Below are positions 1-8,325 of a stretch of DNA of 64,000 nt, one piece after another. The position numbers and the translations under genes are program-made. The DNA comes from Alphaproteobacteria bacterium (GTDB lineage Bacteria > Pseudomonadota > Alphaproteobacteria > UBA2966): assembly GCA_964291395.2 (NCBI GenBank), contig OZ219856.1, forward strand, positions 1,152,001 to 1,216,000, read 5' to 3'. Under the pieces are notes generated by a model, which saw only the letters and a list, made by a program, of their open reading frames with translations, made no database searches and was not told the DNA's origin. Positions within the stretch are counted from its first letter, which is position 1. Each line of letters starts with the position of its first letter.

Positions 1-1371
1 GCCGGCGATCTGGCCATGTCGGGAATGACGTTCCAGAATCTTCGCGATGGCATGCAGGGAGTCGTCGCCGATAGCCTGCTATCAATGGTTTTTCTGCTTC
101 CGGTTTTTGGTGTCATCTTCTTCTACGATGCAACCCTCGGAGTCATCGCCCTCGTCTTCAGCTTGGCTTCGCTGCTGGTTACCGTAGCCTTGGGGTTGTG
201 TCAGATTTCACCTTATGGGCGGATGATCGGCGCGGTACGTCGCGTAGCCGGCCGGCTGTTTCAGATCGTGGGCGGTATCGTCAAGCTGCGCGTGGAAAAC
301 GCGGAAGGGTCGGCTTTCGCTATCTGGGCGCGGGATTATCGCGAGCAGAAACGCGCGGAGCTCGAACTGGGCGCGCTTGAGGGACATTCGCGGGCATTCG
401 GTGCCGCGCTCCCCTTTCTTGCCGGTGGGGTAATACTGTTCGTGGTGGTAACGGTGGGAGATCGGAACCTCCCGGTCGGCGATTTCCTCGTCGTTTACAC
501 CGTCTTTATCGTTTTCCAGGCCGCCATCGCCCGGCTCGGCGAGTCCTTCGGCACCATTGCCGCCATGCTGCCGGCGTTCGATCAGATGCGCCCGCTGCTC
601 GCTGCAGTTCCTGAAACCGAGGTCGAAGGAGAGCCGGTCGAACGTCTGGGCGGCGAAATTCTGTTCGACCACGTTTCCTTTCGGTACGATCCCGACGGGC
701 CGTTGATCCTCGACGATGTCACGATTCGCGCCGGTCCCGGCGAATTCGTCGCGATTGCCGGCGAGTCCGGTGCCGGCAAGAGCACCCTGTTCCGGCTCGC
801 GCTTGGAATCGACCGGCCATCCGCTGGCGCGGTGTATTACGACGGACGCGATCTGAGACACCTGAACCTGAAGCAAGTGCGCCGGAAAATCGGCGCGGTT
901 CCCCAGTCAGTGCGGCTCCATCCCCAGGATCTCTGGGACAATATCGTCGCGCACCACGAGGAAACGACCACCGGGGAAGTATGGCAGGCGGCCCGAGCCG
1001 CTGGGATCGAACGTGAAATCAAGGCCATGCCCATGGGCATGATGACGATGGTCGGGGCGAGCGGGGCTGTCTTGTCAGGCGGCGAGAGTCAGCGCGTCAC
1101 CATCGCCCGCTCGCTGATCGGCAGCCCGCGAATTATGCTGTTTGACGAGGCAACCAACTGGCTCGATAACGAAAGCCAAGCCGAGGTCATGCAGAACCTA
1201 GCCCTCCTGACCTCCACCCGGATCGTTATTGCACACCGCCTGTCCACGCTGGAACAGGCTGACCGCATCTACGTGATGCAAGCTGGAAAGGTCGTGCAAA
1301 GCGGCTCCTTCAACAAACTCATGGAGGTCGACGGGGTATTCAGAGAACTGGTCAGAAGGCAGGTCGCTTGA
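1..1371 (+). CDS. NHLM/NHLP bacteriocin-system ABC transporter permease-ATPase (5' truncated by window edge)
   Basis: Frame is open from base 1. TM region, Walker A GESGAGKS, signature LSGGESQR, Walker B MLFDEAT, H-loop IAHRLST; C-terminus RRQVA is typical of NHLM exporters. Lies next to NHLP genes. Confidence 0.85.
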   Translation, partial: AGDLAMSGMTFQNLRDGMQGVVADSLLSMVFLLPVFGVIFFYDATLGVIALVFSLASLLVTVALGLCQISPYGRMIGAVRRVAGRLFQIVGGIVKLRVENAEGSAFAIWARDYREQKRAELELGALEGHSRAFGAALPFLAGGVILFVVVTVGDRNLPVGDFLVVYTVFIVFQAAIARLGESFGTIAAMLPAFDQMRPLLAAVPETEVEGEPVERLGGEILFDHVSFRYDPDGPLILDDVTIRAGPGEFVAIAGESGAGKSTLFRLALGIDRPSAGAVYYDGRDLRHLNLKQVRRKIGAVPQSVRLHPQDLWDNIVAHHEETTTGEVWQAARAAGIEREIKAMPMGMMTMVGASGAVLSGGESQRVTIARSLIGSPRIMLFDEATNWLDNESQAEVMQNLALLTSTRIVIAHRLSTLEQADRIYVMQAGKVVQSGSFNKLMEVDGVFRELVRRQVA

Positions 1372-1553
1372 GCCGGATCCGTTAATCACCGAGTGTTACG
1401 GAACACGAGGCTCGTATTGCCGTTCGGAGGTCGTACCTCCAGGGTGCCTTCGCGACCCTCCTTGGACCGTTTGCTTGACTTGGCTTGTGGTTAGGTACTG
1501 TTTGCAGCCCCAATTTTCCGCTCGACCGCTAATCCGCAAGATACAAGACACCG

Positions 1554-2855
1554 ATGAAAGACCCCATCAACGCGACGGAACGCCTCCTCTCGAGAGCCGG
1601 GGAAGACAGCGCGTTTCGCGCGCGACTGCTCGCGAATCCGAAAGATGCAATAGAACGGGAATTCGGCTTGACGCTGGCCGAGGGCCACGAGATTCACGTG
1701 CACGAAGAAACCGATACCGCGACGCATGTCGTGCTTCCGCCGAGGAGTAAGCTCAGCGCGGAAGAACGGAAGGCGGCGATAACCGGCGCAGCCTCACTCG
1801 AGTTTCTCAAGAAGACAATGTACGATCCCGCACCTCCGATTCGCCCCCCCGGCCCGAAACCGATAACTGCCCGGGTGAGCGCCGTTACGCCCGAGACACT
1901 TGCCAAAGCGGGTAGAGAAAGCATCCGCCGCGGTCTCGTTTTCCTGGAATCCACTATCGACGAAAACGGGGCTTGGCACTGCATCCGGTTCAATGTGGCC
2001 GACCCGGACATTCCACGGCATTTCGAAAAACCCCCCTTTGTTTCGGCTCTCTGCGTACTTGCCCTCGAAAGTTGCGATGAAGCACGGGCCAAGGCCATGT
2101 GCGCCCGTACCAAGGCGTATCTTGCCGACACCATCGAATATCCCGGATTGTGGCGCTACTACCGTCATCTGCCCCAGGATCTTGACAGCACCACGCTCTG
2201 TTCACTCGCCATTGGGACTCACCCCTGGATTTTGCTGGAAAGGAACGTTCCGCGAATATTGGCGAATCGCGACGAGGAAGGTCGTTTCACGACCTGGGTG
2301 CTGGAGGAAGACGAACCCAATGTCGTGTCGACCTTTCGTCTCGAAGCGGACCCCATAGTCAATGCGAATGTCATCGCTTACCTTGGCGACCACCCCGAAA
2401 CCAAGGATGCCCAACGATGGTTGGAAACTTTGATTACCGAAGGCAGCCTTGAGGGATCGTCTAAATGGTATCCCGACACGGTTACGATCTACTATGCAAC
2501 TGCCCGTGCCATGATTCGCGCGCAGCCCGCCCTTGATCAACTACGCCCGATACTTGCGGATCGTATCCTGGGCTTGCGCGACGAGAAGGGAGAATTCGGC
2601 AACATCCTTCAGACCGCTCAAGCAGTGTCGGCGCTCTACAATATTGGAAGGCCTGAAAGCATCGACGCGAAATGCCAAGTGGAAAGGTTCATAGGCTCGC
2701 AACGTGAGGACGGTAGCTGGCCGGAGCTTCTCGCGTTTGGCGACCAATCGTTAAAGTGGGGCGCGATAGGGCGGATAGGGCATGGCTCTGAAGCCGTGAC
2801 CTCTGCGTTTTGCATCGAAGCTTTGGAGCGTCTCGTCGAAATCTTGAAGGCCTGA
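1554..2855 (+). CDS. Fusion of an N-terminal NHLP leader-like domain and a prenyltransferase/squalene-cyclase-like (class II terpene cyclase beta-domain) alpha-alpha barrel
   Basis: aa ~1-78 (EDSAFRARLLANPK..VHEE..HVVLPP..LSAEERKAAITGA) align by eye with the precursor at 7850. Pro-rich linker follows, then LPQDLDST (DxDD-like, nt 2178-2192) and QW-type repeats (QREDGSW, RDEEGRF). Confidence 0.75.
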   Translation: MKDPINATERLLSRAGEDSAFRARLLANPKDAIEREFGLTLAEGHEIHVHEETDTATHVVLPPRSKLSAEERKAAITGAASLEFLKKTMYDPAPPIRPPGPKPITARVSAVTPETLAKAGRESIRRGLVFLESTIDENGAWHCIRFNVADPDIPRHFEKPPFVSALCVLALESCDEARAKAMCARTKAYLADTIEYPGLWRYYRHLPQDLDSTTLCSLAIGTHPWILLERNVPRILANRDEEGRFTTWVLEEDEPNVVSTFRLEADPIVNANVIAYLGDHPETKDAQRWLETLITEGSLEGSSKWYPDTVTIYYATARAMIRAQPALDQLRPILADRILGLRDEKGEFGNILQTAQAVSALYNIGRPESIDAKCQVERFIGSQREDGSWPELLAFGDQSLKWGAIGRIGHGSEAVTSAFCIEALERLVEILKA

Positions 2856-2919
2856 AGGATAGGCATGTTACCTTTTCCGATGGCACCAAGAATTTCGACA
2901 TAAGCGAGCAGAAGTCCAA

Positions 2920-3096
2920 TGATCCTCCTCCATTGGATCGGTCCACCTTTAGGTCGTGGAACGAGGAGAACCAAGGGTGGCAAGGAAGCGTTACAAGCCG
3001 GGGGAGATCGTCAGCCTGTTGCGGCAGGCTGAGGTTCTGCACGGCCAGGGTTTGTCGACGGCGGCGGGATCACGTACCGGCTTGGCGGCATGGTAG
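2920..3096 (+). mobile_element. IS3-family insertion sequence remnant (left end plus truncated orfA)
   Basis: Begins TGATCCTCCTCC..GGTCCA, like an IS3/IS407 left IR. RBS GAGGAG, then GTG at 2977 reading MARKRYKPGEIVSLLRQAEVLHGQGLS (typical IS3 OrfA N-terminus), decaying to a stop at 3096. Confidence 0.7.
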
Positions 3097-3205
3097 CTGT
3101 AGGGAGATACGGTAATTTCGTGGGACCGGCAGCGAGGGGCGCTTTGCTCCGCCTGATGACCGTCCATTCTCCAGTCGCCATTGAAACGTTCTGCATGAAG
3201 GTGTC

Positions 3206-3670
3206 ATGACCGTACGCTTCGAACCGCTTCTGACGATCCAGGTCGGCATCGACTACACCGACAAGATCGGAGAGACGCCGTACGGCTGGCGTCGCAACGA
3301 CGCCGTAAATGGCCATTTTGAGGGACCCAAGTTGCGGGGACGCGTCCTGCCGGGCAGTGACGACTGGTTGCTCGTGCGGCGTGACGGGACGTTCAACCCT
3401 CATTGCCGCATGCTGCTGGAAACGGACGATTCCGAACACATCATCATGACATACACCGGTGTCCGGCACGCCACCCAGGATGTGCTGGATCGGCAGGAAC
3501 GTGGCGAACCGGTCGACCCGGGCGAGGTTTATCACCGTATCACGCCTCTGTTCGAAACGGCGTCCGAAAAGTACGACTGGCTCAACAGGATCATCACCGT
3601 GGGCCGGGGTCAGCGTATTTTGAAGGACGGTCACAGCGTTCCCATTTACGATATCTTTCAGGTGCTGTAG
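3206..3670 (+). CDS. DUF3237 family protein
   Basis: IGETPYGWRR, GHFEGPKLRGRVLPG, DW, LETDD, YHRITPLFETASEKYDWLN pattern. Confidence 0.85.
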   Translation: MTVRFEPLLTIQVGIDYTDKIGETPYGWRRNDAVNGHFEGPKLRGRVLPGSDDWLLVRRDGTFNPHCRMLLETDDSEHIIMTYTGVRHATQDVLDRQERGEPVDPGEVYHRITPLFETASEKYDWLNRIITVGRGQRILKDGHSVPIYDIFQVL

Positions 3671-3726
3671 CTGGTGCCTTCGTCGCGTAGCGAGAGCATT
3701 TCCGAGAACATTCCCTACAAATCGCC

Positions 3727-4185
3727 ATGTCCGAGATGGAAGCCGAACTGTTGATGAAGTTGACGTTGGAAGGAGTGACGCTTCGGGACGTGGGAGCGAC
3801 ACCGAGAGGTGAGCGGCAGTTCGTCACCATCGGCGGCGGGCGCTTCGAGGGGCCGGACATGCGGGGTACGGTGATGCCGGGCGGCAGCGATTGGATGACC
3901 GGGCGCGGAAGCGGATCCGCGGTGATGAACGGTCGGCTCACGCTCCGGACTGATGACGGCCACACCATCGGTATGCGCTATCGCGGCGCCATGGACGGCC
4001 CGCCGGATGTACTCGCCCGGCACGCGCGGGGCGAACCGGTCGGCGAATCGGAATATTACTTGAGGTTCGCTACCTACTTCGAAGCGACCTTGTACAAATA
4101 CGGTTGGCTCAATCACTTGATCGCCATTGGAGTCGGCTACCGCGAAGTAGCGGGTCCGGTCTACGACGTGTACCGCGTCCTCTAG
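3727..4185 (+). CDS. DUF3237 family protein (paralog)
   Basis: VGATPRGER, GGRFEG, PGGSDW, LRTDDG, YYLRFATYFEA..KYGWLN. Confidence 0.85.
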   Translation: MSEMEAELLMKLTLEGVTLRDVGATPRGERQFVTIGGGRFEGPDMRGTVMPGGSDWMTGRGSGSAVMNGRLTLRTDDGHTIGMRYRGAMDGPPDVLARHARGEPVGESEYYLRFATYFEATLYKYGWLNHLIAIGVGYREVAGPVYDVYRVL

Positions 4186-4289
4186 CGGAGCGCGGAGAGA
4201 CACATCGAAGAGAATCCCTGCCGCGTAAGGTTAGTGGGCCAGCCGGTTGTCTACTCGAAAAGCGGTCCAGGAATGTTCGAAGGTGCGCC

Positions 4290-5165
4290 ATGAAGGAACA
4301 GGTCACATTCTACAGTGAAGGAACCGAACTCGCCGGGGATATCTATCTGCCCGATACTTCAGCAGAAGCGCCACGGCCCGGGATCGTACTGTTGGGCGGC
4401 TACACCTACGTCAAGGAGGTGCATGGGCCCGATTTCGCCGAGCGTGTCGTCGATGCGGGATATGCCGCTATCGCCTTCGACTACAAAGGTTGGGGCAGCA
4501 GCGACGGTCCCTCGAACCGGTTGGATCCCCACGGCCGCGTCTGGGATGCGCACGCGGCCCTGACCGTTCTGGCGCAGCGCGACGACGTCGACGCGGAACG
4601 CATCGGCGTTCTGGGCTGGAGTTACGGGGGTGCCACCGCCGTGTGGCTTGCCGCAATCGACCCGCGTATCCGCTGCGTCTCCGCCCTGATCACGGTCGGC
4701 AACGGGCGTCGCTGGATGGAAAGTGTTCGTTCGGCGGAAGAAATCGATGTCCTGCACGCCCGCGCCGATGAAGACCGGATCCGCCGGGTTCGAACCGGCG
4801 AATCGGAACGCGCGCCAATACCGACGATCCTCCAAATGAGTGCACACGAGCGCGAGCTGCTGGATAATGCTCGCGCGAGGGAAGGGGTCGAGCCCGGCCT
4901 CATTCCCCTTGAGTTCATCGACGAGACCTTGGCGTTCAATCCCGAGTGGGTCGTCGACAAGATTGCACCGCGGCCCGTGCTGTTAGTCGCCACCGAGAAC
5001 GACGGCGTCACGCCTCCCGAGGACAGCCGAATCCTTTATGAGCGGGCCGGTGAACCGAAAAAGTTCGTGATGATTCCCGATTGCGGGCACTTCGAATTCT
5101 ATTCCGGAGCTCCATTCGATCAGGCGATGAAGGAATGCGTCGACTGGTTTGACGCGCATCTGTGA
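4290..5165 (+). CDS. Alpha/beta hydrolase
   Basis: Nucleophile elbow GWSYGG, FDYKGWGSS, C-terminal GH; start reassigned to ATG 4290 (MKEQVTF). Confidence 0.85.
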   Translation: MKEQVTFYSEGTELAGDIYLPDTSAEAPRPGIVLLGGYTYVKEVHGPDFAERVVDAGYAAIAFDYKGWGSSDGPSNRLDPHGRVWDAHAALTVLAQRDDVDAERIGVLGWSYGGATAVWLAAIDPRIRCVSALITVGNGRRWMESVRSAEEIDVLHARADEDRIRRVRTGESERAPIPTILQMSAHERELLDNARAREGVEPGLIPLEFIDETLAFNPEWVVDKIAPRPVLLVATENDGVTPPEDSRILYERAGEPKKFVMIPDCGHFEFYSGAPFDQAMKECVDWFDAHL

Positions 5166-5211
5166 GGAGCCGCGCGGCGGGGTCCGGTGGCGGCGGCCGC
5201 GGGCGGGCATC

Positions 5212-6198
5212 TCAACGGATATCCGAAGTGATCTTGCCGAGCTGGCGGATGGTGTTCAGGACCTTTTCCTGCTCCATGCCCGGCCACTGGACACGGCAGA
5301 TTAGGTGGTTGAATCCGAGCTCCTCCTTGTAGCGCAGTATCTGGTCCTTCACGGATTCCGGATCCCCGATGAAGAAGCTTTCGCGCACGAGCTGGTCGAA
5401 AATCGAACCGGTCCCGGTGTCCTGCAGGCCCCACGCCCCGTAGAATCCGTATTTGTAGCCCAGTGGTCCCGCAGCTTCCTCGAGTGCCTCGGCATTGGTC
5501 GCGCCGATGTGACATTCACGCGTCAGAGGAAGCTCACTCGGAAACGGCTTGCCTGCCGCTGCCAGCTCGGCGCGATACATCGGCATCTGGCGCTCCAGCA
5601 ACTCGAACGAAGCGTTGAAGGGCGGCACCCAGGAATCGCCGATGCGGGCGGCGCGGCGCACTGCCGGGTCTACGTGCGCCGCAACCCAGATCGGTGGATG
5701 CGGCGTCTGCAGCGGCCTGAGGCCGACGCCTAGGCCGTCCACCGTGTAGTGCTTGCCGCGATGCGTGACCAAGTCCTGGGACATCAGTTTCCGGAGGAGT
5801 TCCACCCCTTCACTGAGCCGCGATGCCCGTTCCCCGAGCGGAATACCGAATGCGTTGAACTCCTCTTCCCGATAACCGAGGCTCACGCACAGCACGTACC
5901 GGCCGCCCGTGAGGAGGTCCATTGTCACCGTTTCCTCGGCGACCTCTACCGGGTTTCTGAGTGGAAGCACGACAGTGTTGGGGCCGATGGTCATGTCACC
6001 GGCCTCGGTGATCAAGCGTGGTAGAAGCTGGTGCGGGGAAATGAACTGCATTGGCCCGACGAGCCAGTGCCCGCCGGTCCAGAGCGACGCAAACCCGCTG
6101 TCGCGCGCAACGCGAACCTGCTCGATGAGATTTTCGAGCACGCCCGTCGGAGCGATGTCTTCCTTGAAGTGATTGAGGACGTAAAGGCCAATTTTCAT
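5212..6198 (-). CDS. LLM-class (luciferase-like) flavin-dependent oxidoreductase
   Basis: MKIGLY start, PLRNPVEVAEE, DLLTGGR, PHPPIWVAA..AVRRAARIGD; start at ATG 6198. Confidence 0.88.
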   Translation of the reverse strand: MKIGLYVLNHFKEDIAPTGVLENLIEQVRVARDSGFASLWTGGHWLVGPMQFISPHQLLPRLITEAGDMTIGPNTVVLPLRNPVEVAEETVTMDLLTGGRYVLCVSLGYREEEFNAFGIPLGERASRLSEGVELLRKLMSQDLVTHRGKHYTVDGLGVGLRPLQTPHPPIWVAAHVDPAVRRAARIGDSWVPPFNASFELLERQMPMYRAELAAAGKPFPSELPLTRECHIGATNAEALEEAAGPLGYKYGFYGAWGLQDTGTGSIFDQLVRESFFIGDPESVKDQILRYKEELGFNHLICRVQWPGMEQEKVLNTIRQLGKITSDIR

Positions 6199-6365
6199 GC
6201 CTCTTCTGGCTCCCCTTGCGGGTTTTGTCAGGCCGCATCCTATCCCGAGACTATGGTGCGGTCCCATGTCCAGGCAAGCGAAACACATCCATCGACAGTG
6301 GCGGGAATATGTACCAGCGCGGCGGCGTAAAGGTGCGCCGAGAGCGGCTCTGCCTGAGCCGGTAG

Positions 6366-6581
6366 CTCGCGCTTGTCGAAGCCAGGGGGCTGGAGTTCCT
6401 GGTGCTGGACCAGACCCGGACCCGACATCGGCATGCCTGTGGTGCGAGTCATCATACCGGGCATGCATCATTGTTGGGCAGGAGTCGCGGCTGGACACCT
6501 GTACGATCTGCCAGTCAGCATGGCCGCCGCAAGCACCCTCTCGGTGAAGCCGATTTGAATCCCGCACCTGTAGTCGCGTAA
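6366..6581 (+). pseudogene. C-terminal remnant of a TOMM/YcaO cyclodehydratase (SrpC-like)
   Basis: Joining three frames gives LVEARGLEFLVLDQTR / PDIGMPVVRVIIPGMHHCWAGVAAGHLYDLPVSM / GRRKHPLGEADLNPAPVVA-stop, the characteristic azoline-forming YcaO C-terminus. Extra base near 6420, missing base near 6523, in-frame TAG at 6363; the rest of the gene is absent. Confidence 0.8.
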
Positions 6582-6590
6582 AGAGACGAT

Positions 6591-7709
6591 ATGGATATTG
6601 ACGAGGCAGTCGCACTTACCCAGGACCGTCTCGCCGAAGAAGCCGGCACCATGGGTGAGTTGCTCGGGCACTTTCGAAATGGGATTTCGCCGATTCTCAT
6701 CGGAGACCCGGAATGGGAACGCATACTCGAATGTGCCAGGAAACTTCCAGTTACAATGGGTGCCCTTCCATTCGGCTTTGAACTGCCGCTGCATGAACGC
6801 AGGCCAGAGGCGGATTTCGGCGTCTCCCTGGCGAGCGGAACCAGAACGGCGGCGTTTTTCCGGGAGCGCGCGAGGACCGACAAGACGGATGAGACCGCGA
6901 GGTCGATCGCTCGGCTGTTCAGACAAATGGATGCCGAAAAATCACCTCTGCGTGAAATTGTCGGCCGCAAGGTGATGCTGGAATATGACATCGGCTCGGC
7001 CCGGGACGGTGAATGTTCGCATCCGGGAGTGTTCCTGCGGCCCGGCGAACGCCCGATCATCGGCGCCCGTGGTCAGGTGCATGATGTCGGTATGGCGGTC
7101 GACGCGCTCGTTTCCTGCGTAGGCTGGGAGAGGAATGACGCCGAGCGGGAGAATGTCGAACGAGTCTACCTAGCGCAGCCGGGAGATACGCGCATGGATT
7201 CGTTCGGTGTGTTCCCGTCTCGCTCGCGGGCAATCCGCTTGGCGATCATGGGCTTCAGGGCGCAGCAGGAAATATGTGCCTATCTCGAAAGCACGGGTTG
7301 GCCGGGTCAGATCTCGGCCGTCGACTCTGTGATTTCACGTTTCAAGGAACGCGTGAATATCGTCAGGACTGGAGCGAATATTGATGTGCGGGGAGAGGGT
7401 GTCGGTCCGACGCTCGGCCTTACGCTCATCGTCAAGCAGAGATATACAAAGGATTCACGTTATTGGCTCGACGGCCTGACCGATTGGGATCCGTTTTTGG
7501 AAGCCCTGAGCCATGAGGATTTTGTAGTTCCGGAGAAGCTTGCGGCGCTTGCTGGCTGGGTTTCGAAACCGACAACGCTTTTTGCGAAATCTGGGCGTTA
7601 TGTATTGCTACGTGGCATTCACCACATAAAGCTGGTTATATCTGGAAATCGGCTTCGAAAAGCCAAGGCCTATGTGTTCATGGTGCTTTCCGGAGCAGTT
7701 TCCTTCTGA
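6591..7709 (+). CDS. RiPP-cluster-associated protein of unknown function, possibly aromatic (ABBA-type) prenyltransferase-like
   Basis: Starts 9 nt after the YcaO stop. Motifs FGFELPL, MLEYD..PGVFL and C-terminal HHIKLV..KAKAYV recall prenyltransferase-like proteins of NHLP/Nif11 clusters; the fold is inferred. Confidence 0.5.
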   Translation: MDIDEAVALTQDRLAEEAGTMGELLGHFRNGISPILIGDPEWERILECARKLPVTMGALPFGFELPLHERRPEADFGVSLASGTRTAAFFRERARTDKTDETARSIARLFRQMDAEKSPLREIVGRKVMLEYDIGSARDGECSHPGVFLRPGERPIIGARGQVHDVGMAVDALVSCVGWERNDAERENVERVYLAQPGDTRMDSFGVFPSRSRAIRLAIMGFRAQQEICAYLESTGWPGQISAVDSVISRFKERVNIVRTGANIDVRGEGVGPTLGLTLIVKQRYTKDSRYWLDGLTDWDPFLEALSHEDFVVPEKLAALAGWVSKPTTLFAKSGRYVLLRGIHHIKLVISGNRLRKAKAYVFMVLSGAVSF

Positions 7710-7774
7710 CATCGCCCCGCCCGCGTCTTCGGGCTCATCGCGCCTTCGTCGTCGCTCAACAGGGGAACAAGGCA

Positions 7775-7803
7775 TTGCGTTTTGCGGCATGGTCGCGTAT
7801 CGT
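7775..7803 (+). promoter_or_regulatory. Candidate sigma70 promoter of the precursor gene
   Basis: TTGCGT-17 bp-TATCGT upstream of RBS AAGGAG (7838-7843). Confidence 0.35.
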
Positions 7804-7849
7804 CCCCCGTTAGAGAGGTGTCCATCGCGTTGGAACGAAGGAGATCGTT

Positions 7850-8101
7850 ATGAGAAGTGGCGATGAGATGCTGAAGCAAATCGTCGAGAAATCCGCCTTG
7901 GACGCGGAATTTAGGCAACAGCTTCTTGCGGATCCAAAGACTACCATCAGTCAGGAATTGGACATTACGATTCCCGAATCCATGACGATCAAGGTCCATG
8001 AGAGCGACATGCAGACGGTGCATCTCGCGTTGCCGCCGGATCCGAACATCACCGAGGAGCAACTCGAAGCTATCTCAGCCGGGCTTTGCTGCTGCTGGTA
8101 A
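7850..8101 (+). CDS. srpE: NHLP-leader (proteusin) RiPP precursor, core LCCCW
   Basis: Leader DAEFRQQLLADPK..VHE..HLALPP..ITEEQLEAISAG ends in a double-glycine-type site, followed by core LCCCW. Strong RBS. The core matches my recall of SrpE from sponge-microbiome srp clusters. Confidence 0.9.
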   Translation: MRSGDEMLKQIVEKSALDAEFRQQLLADPKTTISQELDITIPESMTIKVHESDMQTVHLALPPDPNITEEQLEAISAGLCCCW

Positions 8102-8129
8102 ACCCCAATAGCCGGCGCGTAGCCGGTCA

Positions 8130-8156
8130 AGATGCGGAATAACCCAATCCGCATCT
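8130..8156 (+). terminator. Stem-loop downstream of the precursor (stabiliser or partial terminator)
   Basis: Perfect 9-bp stem AGATGCGGA / TCCGCATCT; no clear U-tract. Confidence 0.45.
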
Positions 8157-8325
8157 ATGTATAGCTTGAACTGATCCTCTGTTCCCGAGCGGGAGCAGGG
8201 CGGGATTCGGTATGTGCGTTCGGGGCTGATATCAATAGGGGACCGATCCGGAGAACACCTGGAGCACATAGGCCTTGGCTTTTCGAAGCTGATTCATTCA
8301 ATGCGACACGTCCATCACGAGACCT

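Noticed and set aside
1554-2855. Housekeeping squalene-hopene cyclase
   Set aside because: Only one barrel, non-canonical DLDST motif, no hpn genes nearby, and fused to a RiPP leader.
5212-6615. 467-aa LLM protein with a long N-terminal extension
   Set aside because: Family similarity starts at MKIGLY (6198); the extension is the antisense of the YcaO remnant.
7850-8101. Nitrile hydratase alpha subunit
   Set aside because: Too short, lacks the CxxCSC metal motif and has no beta subunit; it is an NHLP leader with a core.
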